A program made the position numbers and the translations under genes. Positions 13,501 through 22,170 of a stretch of 64,000 bases of DNA are shown here, piece by piece. Origin of the DNA: Macrostomum lignano. Its lineage: Eukaryota. Location: the NCBI GenBank assembly GCA_002269645.1, contig NIVC01002930.1:65594-129593 (forward strand), in the 5' to 3' direction. How positions within the stretch are numbered: position 1 is the first letter of the stretch; every line of letters begins with the position of its first letter. The notes under the pieces are model-generated. The model was not told the origin of the DNA, ran no database searches, and was given only the letters and a program-made list of their open reading frames with translations.

Positions 13501-13875
13501 TCAAGTGGCATCAGGTTTGATCCGACACCACTTTCGAAACGTGCAGTCTCGCGGCATACTATCACATAAGGGGCATCCTATAACGCCCCTACTAGCGGTT
13601 TGCTTCAAACAGTGCATGCAAATAAAATGTTGGTGGTTACAATATTGAAACGTGCGCCAAGAATAACAATAGGCACATTGTCGCAAACTATCTCTACAGA
13701 GGGGACAATTCTGCCATGGCTGAATATAATGTGAATCGCTTAAACATTGTCCGCAAACTTTATGTTCGTTGATGCAAATAGTCGGTGGCTTGACAGCCAA
13801 GTCATCAGTTAAACATATCGGGCAGTCATATAGCTGCTGAGGCTGGGGCGCCTGTTTCGACAGTGCGTTGCTCAT
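13501..13875 (-). CDS. Element-encoded 124-aa tandem RING-finger protein (putative E3 ubiquitin ligase)
   Basis: RING1 CPIC-x12-C-x3-H-x2-C-x2-C-x12-CPLCR and RING2 CAYC-x8-C-x3-H-x2-C-x2-C-x11-CPLC. First ATG at 13875 (the track start at 13887 is TTG). Lies between the pol stop and the PPT. Confidence 0.85.
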   Translation of the reverse strand: MSNALSKQAPQPQQLYDCPICLTDDLAVKPPTICINEHKVCGQCLSDSHYIQPWQNCPLCRDSLRQCAYCYSWRTFQYCNHQHFICMHCLKQTASRGVIGCPLCDSMPRDCTFRKWCRIKPDAT

Positions 13876-13995
13876 AATTGTTGTCAATTTGTCGCTGTCT
13901 TTGTGTCGCTCGGATTAGTCGCCTTTTACGACAAGCTTGCGAAGCTGTAGTGCTATTCTTTATCCCGGTCACTACACGGGGTTGCTCTCGAAACT

Positions 13996-16900
13996 CTAGC
14001 GTGGTCGTAGGTTGTAGCCATGTGGCTGGCTCACATCTGTCGTTTGAGTCTCCTCGTGCTTCGTCGCGATGTGGCGGTTCGTTGAACGCGTGCGATCCGC
14101 GTTGTCTAATGTCGGTAGAAACGTCGTGGTGTCAGTGTTGATCTTCTTTAGTCGATGAATGTGTACGTAGAACTGGTGCTGATGTGGATCTTGTACATTA
14201 GCCAGGCGTGCCGTTGTCGGTGACGTTAGTTGGACCACTCGATAGGGTCCTTTATACTTCTGTGCATGTTTATGCGTCTGCTGCGGCGGGTAGTGTAGGT
14301 AAACGATGTCGCCGGCCGTCAGGGTTGTCGATCTCGCGTCGTTGCCGGTGGTCAGAGCCACCTGGTTGTCAATGTTGTGCTTGGCGATCTTCCATGCGAG
14401 GTGTAGCTGCGTGACAAATTTCTGAATGGAAGTCGGTACTTCCACGTACTGCGATGGTAGCAATTGCTGTGCGAGCAGATTCGGCGGTTGGAAGTCTCGT
14501 CCAAACATTAGGAAGAATGGCGTATTGTCCGTTGATCGATGAATAGCGCTGTTGTAGGCCATTGTTACAGATTGCAGGTAGATGATCCAGTCTTCCGGCT
14601 GTTGGTGCGCGAAGTGTGTAATCATCTTGTGCAGGTTGCGGTGAAACCTTTCAACCATGTTTGCCTTCGGATTGTAGGTCGATGTGTAGATCTGCGTAAT
14701 GTTGAGAATCCTTACGACTTGCTGAAACAGCTGCGATGTAAACTGCGATCCGTTGTCCGATGTGAGGTTCTTCGGCGTGCCGTACTTGCAAATGATTTCG
14801 TTGAAGAAACTCATTGCCACTGTCTGAGCTGTGATGTCCGGTATCGGTATGGCGATAGCAAACTTCGAGAAGATGTCCAAGGCGGTTAGGATGTAGGTGT
14901 AGGCGATGCCCTGGAGACAGCTCGGTGGCAGTGGTCCGGTGATGTCGATGCTTAGACAGTCCATTGTAGTCGACTTCGGAATGGACTGTAGCTGCGGTTT
15001 CTGTCGTCGTCCTGTCTTTGATGCAGCACATGAATGGCAGTTGTTGCAATACTGCTTGATGTCGCCGTACATAGTTGGCCAAAAGTAGTATTGTTCCACT
15101 CTCGCGATGGTCTTTGCGGCCGACAGGTGTCCAGCGAGTGGGTTGTCGTGCAGCTCGTTGAGAATTGCTTGCCGAAACGAATATGGTACGTAGATCTTAG
15201 GTTTATTGTCGCTCATCCAGTAGAGCCGTGACTTATTGATTGTTAGGTGTTGTCGTTGCTTGCGTAGGAATTTTCGTTCCATGGGGCTAAGTTTGATGTT
15301 CTTGTCGTCGTCTTTAACCGCTTGGTAGAAGTTGTCGCGCTCGGTTTCATCCACCAACTCCTTGATGTTAGGGATTGGATGAATGGCGTTGACTTCATAG
15401 GCTCTTGACAGGGCGTCCGCGGCTTTGTTGGTAATTCCTGGTTTGTAGACGAGTTTGTAGTTGTAATCCTGTATCTTGAGTGTCATCCTGATGAGTCGGT
15501 TGTTGGTCTGTCCTTTTGTAGTTACGACGTAGGTCAATGGTGCATGATCCGTGCGTACTATCGTCTGTATTGGAGAACCATAGATGTAGTAATGAAACTG
15601 TCGCAGGGCGAACAAGACTCCTAGTAGCTCTCGTTCCGTAGCTGACCACTTTGTCTCATTTGGTTTGAGTGCTCGACTGACGTAAGCAATAGGTCGTTCC
15701 TTCTTGTCCTCGGTTTCCTGTAGTTGGACTGCTCTGAGTCCCGTTCCTGAGGCGTCTGTCTCGATGATGAAGGGCTTGTCGAAGTCCGGATGCTGTAGCA
15801 GTGCGTCTGATGTCAGCTGTCGTTTGATTTCGTCGAAACTTTCCTGTTGTCTCTGTGTCCAGTTGTCTTGCTTCCATTTGTCGAACTTGAGCAGGTCGTA
15901 CAGTGGCTTTGCTGTCTTTGCGAAGTTAGGTAAGAACTTCCTGAAGTATTGCGCAAGTCCAAGGAATGATTGGACCTTCGTTATACTGGTTGGCGTAGGA
16001 AACTTCTTCACCTTTTCCACGTTGTCTGGGTCCGGTGAGATTCCTTTGGCTGTCACCTGATGTCCCAGGTAACGCACGTTGTCTCGGAAGAATTTGCATT
16101 TAGTTGGTTGTAGCTTCAGACCTTGACGTTGTATAAGCGCGAGGGCCTTCTCCGTCGCTTCATAGAGTCGTTCGAAGTCTTCTCCGTGGGCCAAGATGTC
16201 GTCAACATAGTGCAACAGGTTCGTGCATCCTGCAAGCATGTATGCTGTTAGTCGGCTCATCGTTGCTGGGCTGTTGCTGAGTCCCATCGGCGATCGATTG
16301 TACTCGTATACTTGTCCATTGTAGGTTTTGAAAGCCGTGTACTGTCGTGACTCTTTCTCGATTTCAATTTGCCAAAATCCATGACGTAGGTCGAACACCG
16401 TGAACAATTTTGCCGTGTTGAGCTTTGCTAGTAGTTCGGAGATCTTCGGTAGGCTTTGCTGATCCGTCGGTATGTACTTGTTCAACAGTCTGAAGTCGCA
16501 TACGAGTCGTCTTTCGTTTGTCTCCTTCTTCTGTACCAGTAGGCACGGTGAGGAGTAAGCCGAAATAGCTTTGCTGATGATGCCGTGCTTTAGCATTTTA
16601 TCGATGATTTCGTCAAAGTGTTGTTGCAGATGCTTGGCGATCGGGTACGGCTTGCACTGAATTGGTTCCGTGTGCGGCAGAAGTTTGATTTCCTGTTTGA
16701 TGTCCTTGGCTCGTCCGATGTCGTAATCATGATGGCAGAAGGCTTCGTTGTACTTCCACAACAGCTGTCGAACTTTCCTCTTTTGCTGTTCCGTAATCGG
16801 GCTGTCATCCAAATTGATCTTCTTTTGAAATTCTTCCTCTGTTAGTCGTGGAGTCGCTTGTTCAATCAGCATAACCGATGCTTGGGTGTTGAGATGACCG

Positions 16901-17745
16901 ATGCACATTCCTTGTCGTAGATGAACCGTTTCTGTGTTCGGGTTGAAGATTTGTACTGGCAGTTGCTTATCCTTTGCAACCAGCACTAGTGCCGTAGGCA
17001 TCATGATTTGATGTTTTGCCGTGACTCTCCTGTGTGGATCAAATATCATTGCTTCATCTGCCGCGCTGGTCGTTTTCGCTCTGACCCAGCATGCGCTTTC
17101 AGGCTGGATAATGACATCTTGCTGCAGAGTTACTTTCGGTAGTACTCGAATCTGGTTGATCAGCGGTTGCTCCACCGTGTCGATCCTAAACGTTTGCTTG
17201 TTGAAGTCGAAGGTCAATGGTAGTTGAAGCTGCTTGAACGTGTCGATTCCAACGATGACGTCTTGGTTTGGTAGTCTGTCGATGATGTACGTCGGGACCG
17301 TCAGCTGTTTATTAGCAATTTTCAAGTCGATATCTGCTTTTCCTAGGATGTTGAGTGAATGTCCTCCTGCTCCTGCAACTGCGATTGCTGCTGGTCGTAC
17401 CGCGAGTCGTAGCTTGTTGCATAATTGTTGCGAGATGACTGTGATCGAGCTGCCTGAATCCAGTAGTGCTCGACATGGCAAGTTGTTGACAATGACCTGA
17501 GCCATTGCTTTGCCAATCTCGGCGTGTAGCGTACAGACGTAGTTTTCCGGCCATTTTGGCTCGTGCTGTTCTGCTTGATAGTTGGGTGGTTGTATCCTTG
17601 GTGCCGTTGGTGTTGTCGGAATCGATGGATATAGCCGCGTTGCTAGTGTCGGTTGCCCTTGAACCTCACAATGTGCAGTTTCTGTTAGTTCTAAACTGTT
17701 GTCGCTTCCGTTGTCGTTCTTTGCATTATGGCATTCACTGTCTTC
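13996..17745 (-). CDS. pol: Gypsy Pol: protease, dUTPase-like spacer, RT, RNase H, integrase; frame is open from 17745, first ATG at 17505
   Basis: LLDSGS (PR), YVDD (RT), ETDAS/RELLG/TDHAPL/ADALSR (RH), H-x6-H..C-x2-C, SIDITGP/SDNGSQF/VERFHR (DDE), GPY motif, and terminal YNLRPR. Uninterrupted. Confidence 0.97.
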   Translation of the reverse strand, partial: EDSECHNAKNDNGSDNSLELTETAHCEVQGQPTLATRLYPSIPTTPTAPRIQPPNYQAEQHEPKWPENYVCTLHAEIGKAMAQVIVNNLPCRALLDSGSSITVISQQLCNKLRLAVRPAAIAVAGAGGHSLNILGKADIDLKIANKQLTVPTYIIDRLPNQDVIVGIDTFKQLQLPLTFDFNKQTFRIDTVEQPLINQIRVLPKVTLQQDVIIQPESACWVRAKTTSAADEAMIFDPHRRVTAKHQIMMPTALVLVAKDKQLPVQIFNPNTETVHLRQGMCIGHLNTQASVMLIEQATPRLTEEEFQKKINLDDSPITEQQKRKVRQLLWKYNEAFCHHDYDIGRAKDIKQEIKLLPHTEPIQCKPYPIAKHLQQHFDEIIDKMLKHGIISKAISAYSSPCLLVQKKETNERRLVCDFRLLNKYIPTDQQSLPKISELLAKLNTAKLFTVFDLRHGFWQIEIEKESRQYTAFKTYNGQVYEYNRSPMGLSNSPATMSRLTAYMLAGCTNLLHYVDDILAHGEDFERLYEATEKALALIQRQGLKLQPTKCKFFRDNVRYLGHQVTAKGISPDPDNVEKVKKFPTPTSITKVQSFLGLAQYFRKFLPNFAKTAKPLYDLLKFDKWKQDNWTQRQQESFDEIKRQLTSDALLQHPDFDKPFIIETDASGTGLRAVQLQETEDKKERPIAYVSRALKPNETKWSATERELLGVLFALRQFHYYIYGSPIQTIVRTDHAPLTYVVTTKGQTNNRLIRMTLKIQDYNYKLVYKPGITNKAADALSRAYEVNAIHPIPNIKELVDETERDNFYQAVKDDDKNIKLSPMERKFLRKQRQHLTINKSRLYWMSDNKPKIYVPYSFRQAILNELHDNPLAGHLSAAKTIARVEQYYFWPTMYGDIKQYCNNCHSCAASKTGRRQKPQLQSIPKSTTMDCLSIDITGPLPPSCLQGIAYTYILTALDIFSKFAIAIPIPDITAQTVAMSFFNEIICKYGTPKNLTSDNGSQFTSQLFQQVVRILNITQIYTSTYNPKANMVERFHRNLHKMITHFAHQQPEDWIIYLQSVTMAYNSAIHRSTDNTPFFLMFGRDFQPPNLLAQQLLPSQYVEVPTSIQKFVTQLHLAWKIAKHNIDNQVALTTGNDARSTTLTAGDIVYLHYPPQQTHKHAQKYKGPYRVVQLTSPTTARLANVQDPHQHQFYVHIHRLKKINTDTTTFLPTLDNADRTRSTNRHIATKHEETQTTDVSQPHGYNLRPR

Positions 17746-20048
17746 TTAGCTCTTGGACAAGTTTGACTGAAGCACCGTACGATCGATGAAATGATGAAGA
17801 TTGCCGTGACAATCCACACAATGCAAGCACCGTAGAAGATGAATCCTTGATAGAGACTGCCTCTTCCATTGAGCAGCTCCCAGAAGCTATTTGTCCAAAA
17901 TGATTTGATGGCGCTGTCCATTGAAACAAGGACGGGAAATCTTCCTGTCCCGGTTCCTTTGTCCTTTCTTGTGAACAGCTGGTGAATCATCTTGCGTTGG
18001 GTGATGAACGCTTGCAAGAAGTCGTTGATCGTCCATCCTGGTGTTATCTCGTCAAGTTGGATATCGGCGAATGGCGTATACTTCGTTCTGTTGAATCGGA
18101 TTTTCAAATCCTCCATGTCGTAGTTTTCGTCGACGATTACTTCCGGTTCTGTGACGTTTGCTGTCGTTCCAGTTGTTTTGATGACGTGTAGTGCATTGTC
18201 CAGTTGATAGTAGTTTGCTGCCGTGGTGCAAGGTCTCGGTATTGCGGTGCCAACGATGATGTTGTGTACCGTGTCCAAGAATCCCTGAATTCGTTTTCCT
18301 TCGTAGAACGCTTCAATCCTTGGCTTGTCGTAGCAGGTTGTTGACGTGTTCGACGGCAAGATGTTAAAGTGCTGTATCGGCGTGCACTTGTATATTAACA
18401 GATGCTCGTATATTGGAACTGCCAAAACGTTCGTCATTCCGGTGATTTTACGAAAAGTCATCGTAGGGTTGACATAGTAGTTTTGTCTGGCATAATTTAA
18501 GTTGATTGCGTGCATTTTGCAAGTTAGCTGGACCAGTGTTCGATGCAAGTGGTTTAACTGGTTGTGTAGATTGTGATCCAAAGCCGTTATCTTTGCTGAC
18601 AGTAGTCGGTTTGACACCAGTTTGGGACGTTCGATGTCACGTCGTCGTCTGTTCTGTTGTTCCTGCTGTTGATACGTTCCGTTGATGATCGCCAGAAAGG
18701 TTTGTTTGTCGTCATCTTTTACGTAGACTGGTATCTCTTGTTCCGAGATGAATAGTGTCTTGTCTGTATCCTTGCATTTCAGTTTTTGCTCGACTGGTTT
18801 CTTTTGAAACGTCAGTGCCAAGTCTCCTGACTTTGCCAAAAACGTATTTGACAGTAGTCCTCCTTCAACTGTGTGATACTTTTGAAGCTTGCAGTCAATT
18901 TCCGGCTCAACTTCCCACGCGAAGAAGTATTGTCGTGACTTAGATGGTTCTTCATATCGTGAGTCGCCTCTGCGTATAATTTGCCATCGATAGTCTTGAT
19001 GATATGTTGGACTCAACGGTAAGCTGTATAGTTCCTCATTCCGCAGTATCGGCGTTGGACACCATCCTTTGCTGTATCGGCAGTCGCTTAATTGCAGTTG
19101 TAGCGACTCCATTTTTTCAAAAGGATTGTGATAGAATGGAATATTCCTGATTAGGTAACTGTTTCGTGTCATGTAGTTAGTCCATGCTTCCGAAAAGTGT
19201 ACATATCGTCCGTTTGCTGAGTTCTTCGTTCGGTAAAGTTGTGCCTCCCCCACTTTCTCATCCGGTTCTAGCTGACCATCCTTTGAGAACAGTGTTTGGT
19301 TCCATTGTAGACATTCAGCGTGCGACACATGTAGTTCGTGTTGCCAAAATCGAATTCTGTTCCACTGTCCTCGCCAAACTTTTTCCACTAGGTGCTTGTC
19401 TCTAAAGCACACTATTCCGAGTTGTCGATGCTTCTTGATGTTAGCTTTGTAGAGATCAATTGTGATCTTCTTTGGCTTCGTCTGGTTTGTCTTGAAGTAG
19501 CTGCATTTGATGTCGGTTGGTATCTTGTAGATCATTGGTTGGATATGCGCATCCGTTGGACATATCATTGGTTTCTCCATTGCCGTTGCTTTGGCGACTA
19601 CTGCTATCAGTAGTATCACGATGATCCAGAGCAGCCAGTTTTTCCACTTCTTGGACCTTGCCGTTGTCTTTGCTGGCATTGGCTGCGATTGCCATTCGTT
19701 ATCCTCCATGTCCGCATCGTATTCTTTCGGTTGTTCCATTGGCTGATTCAGGCGGAAGGCTTCTGATTTGCTTTGCTCTTTGGTTATTTCAGTATCTTCG
19801 TCTGTAGCTTCTTCCGATGTTTCCGTTGTTTCACTCCATTGCGTTTGGTATCTTTTCTCTGCCTTGTAGTCGACCGTTTGAATATAGGCTTCACCATTTC
19901 GTTTGTATCGGATCTCGTAGCATTCGTCGCTGTCGGAACTCGGCTTTTCTTTCATTTGTTCTTTTTCCATTTCTTCATCTTTCCATTGTATTTCGTAGCC
20001 TTGATCGCTGTCGGAACTTAGATTTTCCGCTCTCAGTTCTTCCTGCAT
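17691..20048 (-). CDS. env: Envelope glycoprotein, herpes gB-like class III fusogen, preceded by a ~137-aa acidic leader
   Basis: Internal signal WLLWIIVILLIAVVAKATA (AxA cleavage motif), 12 ectodomain Cys, 6 N-x-S/T sequons, furin site RRRR (18639-50), a gB domain III/IV-like stretch, and C-terminal TM FIFYGACIVWIVTAIFIISSIV. Confidence 0.85.
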   Translation of the reverse strand: MQEELRAENLSSDSDQGYEIQWKDEEMEKEQMKEKPSSDSDECYEIRYKRNGEAYIQTVDYKAEKRYQTQWSETTETSEEATDEDTEITKEQSKSEAFRLNQPMEQPKEYDADMEDNEWQSQPMPAKTTARSKKWKNWLLWIIVILLIAVVAKATAMEKPMICPTDAHIQPMIYKIPTDIKCSYFKTNQTKPKKITIDLYKANIKKHRQLGIVCFRDKHLVEKVWRGQWNRIRFWQHELHVSHAECLQWNQTLFSKDGQLEPDEKVGEAQLYRTKNSANGRYVHFSEAWTNYMTRNSYLIRNIPFYHNPFEKMESLQLQLSDCRYSKGWCPTPILRNEELYSLPLSPTYHQDYRWQIIRRGDSRYEEPSKSRQYFFAWEVEPEIDCKLQKYHTVEGGLLSNTFLAKSGDLALTFQKKPVEQKLKCKDTDKTLFISEQEIPVYVKDDDKQTFLAIINGTYQQQEQQNRRRRDIERPKLVSNRLLSAKITALDHNLHNQLNHLHRTLVQLTCKMHAINLNYARQNYYVNPTMTFRKITGMTNVLAVPIYEHLLIYKCTPIQHFNILPSNTSTTCYDKPRIEAFYEGKRIQGFLDTVHNIIVGTAIPRPCTTAANYYQLDNALHVIKTTGTTANVTEPEVIVDENYDMEDLKIRFNRTKYTPFADIQLDEITPGWTINDFLQAFITQRKMIHQLFTRKDKGTGTGRFPVLVSMDSAIKSFWTNSFWELLNGRGSLYQGFIFYGACIVWIVTAIFIISSIVRCFSQTCPRAKKTVNAIMQRTTTEATTV

Positions 20049-20208
20049 TCCTTCTTCGGCTCGGTATCCGTTCGTGCATCATGCACCTCGCAGTCGTGAT
20101 CGTTGCCGTAACTTATACATTCTTCTTCTTCCTTCATTTCTTTGTCTTTCGTGCTTGTTTTGTTGTCATCCACTGTTGTCGATTCATAGTTGTTTTGTCT
20201 GCCAGTCT

Positions 20209-21464
20209 TCATCTTTTCTTCGTTGCCGGTGTCGCTCTCCGCCTCCTCCCTTTTTTGTGATTTACTTTCTTCCTGTTTTCTCTGCTGTCTCCGGTGGTCT
20301 CTTTTAATTCGATCATTTCGGTTTCATTCGCCTCTTCTGTGTTGTCAGTGTTGTCCTCGTGCGTCGTCTTCTTTTCGATCAAGCTGATGTCAAGTTCCGG
20401 GACTGTGAAGTCCATTTCCAAGTCGTCAATTGTGAACACTTGCTGTTCCTGCTGCTCATTTTCCGGTGTGTACGTGATGGCATTCGCGTATCGTGGCATT
20501 GCTTGCGTTGGCTGTCTTTGTGCGTACCTGGCATTGCGTGGCCTGTAGCCATTATTTCTGAAGCGGCCGTCATTTCCGAGCGGCCATCATTTCCGAAGCG
20601 GCCATCCTTTCCGAAGCGTCTCATGTCTTGTTGGCGATTTTGATATTGCTGCCATGGTTTCTGCGGCTTTGATTGTTGAATATCTGTCGCGGCTTGTCGT
20701 ATCTTGTTGACCAATGGGACAATTAATCTGATAATGTCCTTCTTGTCCGCAGTAGTAACATCTGGCTGAGGCTTGTTCATTTCGTCTTTTTTGTTCGGCG
20801 ATAGCAGCTGTCTGGTGCTGCATTAATTGTTTAATTGCTGCGTCAGTTTCTGCACTTCATTGTTGCCTGTCGTCATTAATGGGGCACTGGCTTCCCATTG
20901 CATTCCGCACCGCAAAAGGTCTTCTTCGGTTTCGATATTTTCACGCAAAAGTCTATCCCGAAGTGACGGCTGTGCGTTGTTTATTACGTGCAGGATGAGG
21001 TTTTGTTCGCGATCCATCAATCGTTGTCTTTCTCTGGCGGCCAATTCTGCCGCTCCCAGTGGCGGTTGGTCCGCAGCTTGCAGCGGTGGCTGATGCAGTG
21101 CCTTAATTATCTGGCGGATATCGTCCACAAAGGCGAGGAAGGATTCTGTTGCTTGCATCCTTCTGTTATGTAACTTGTGCAGCAGCACTGATCTGTTTGT
21201 GCCGCAACGGTTGAAATGCGCGCGCAGTTGAATGATTAGTGCTGGATAATTTTGCTGTGTTGCCGCATCCAGCTTGCCGTAAATTTCTCGCGCAGTACCT
21301 TGGAGAAGAGGTGGCAGCAGCTGTGCTTTCTCTGGATTTTGTAGGTTGTATTCCCTACATACCAGGTCAAAGTGGTCGACAAATGTGTTAAAATCTTTCT
21401 CCATCGAGAAGGTACCGACCGTTTCTTTGATGTCTCTGTGTACCGTTGGATTGCGCCGCGCCAT
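20209..21464 (-). CDS. gag: Gag (capsid plus CCHC nucleocapsid), broken by 1-nt indels in this sequence
   Basis: Capsid-like FSMEKDFNTFVDHFDLVC..KAQLLPPLLQGTAREIY..NYPALIIQLRAHF..QATESFLAFVDDIR (20823-21464); zinc knuckle CYYCGQEGHYQINC in the next frame; RFG(K/N)DG repeats. Confidence 0.85.
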
Positions 21465-22150
21465 GTTGTTGATAGGATAGAACGGTAGTTCAAGATCTGG
21501 ATCGATTTGTAACGGATCGTCCAGTGTGGTGTTTGCCTCGGAATAAACCTCGACTGTAACGAATTGTCTTGTGGTGTCGATTTGTTATTCGCTGGCCTCG
21601 GATGCGGTGTGGCTTGCTGCCACTGGTTGTCCTCAAATGAACTTGTTCTGTTCGCTTGCTGATTTCGCACTTATGCGGCGTCCCGCAAAGTGTATCTTCA
21701 AGTTGAAGTGGGCTTTGTCTTCTTGTTTTGCAAAGTCTTTTTCTCTTCTTTGACTCTCTCTTTTGTCAATTAACTCCGCTCTCCACGAAGTTTCAATTAA
21801 TTTCGGTTTTGTTTTTGTGCCGGCAAAATGTTTCAGTTATTTTTTGTTTGTTTTGCGTCGACGATTCTTTTATTTTCGGTTTGTTTTCAGTGTACCGATG
21901 AATTTAATTTCGGTTTTATTTTAACTCACACTTGCTCGAGCTCGTTAAAACAAAATTTAACACGCGTGCTCAAACTGTACTCAAATTTGACAGGTGCTCA
22001 AACCTGTACACCAAAATTTACTCGAGTTTCAAAACGTAACGGACTTAAAAAGTGTTAACTCTAACACGTGCGCGCAAAATTAATGAAGTCGCTCTGTCGT
22101 CACTTTACAATAGCTTGATCAGGGCTATTGCTCAAAGTTTGAGTAGTGCC

Positions 22151-22168
22151 GAGAGGGCGAGATCACCA
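22151..22168 (-). other. Primer-binding site
   Basis: TGGTGATCTCGCCCTCTC, 2 nt inside the 5' LTR; TGG complements a tRNA CCA end; the first 11 nt resemble a Trp-type PBS (TGGTGACCCCG). Primer identity not established. Confidence 0.75.
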
Positions 22169-22170
22169 AT

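Noticed and set aside
14200-17300. Many plus-strand ORFs opposite pol and env
   Set aside because: Antisense shadows of long coding frames.
20826-20835. Programmed -1 frameshift at A TTA AAC in gag
   Set aside because: One mismatch from the canonical U UUA AAC and no stimulatory structure verified; a 1-nt deletion explains it equally well.
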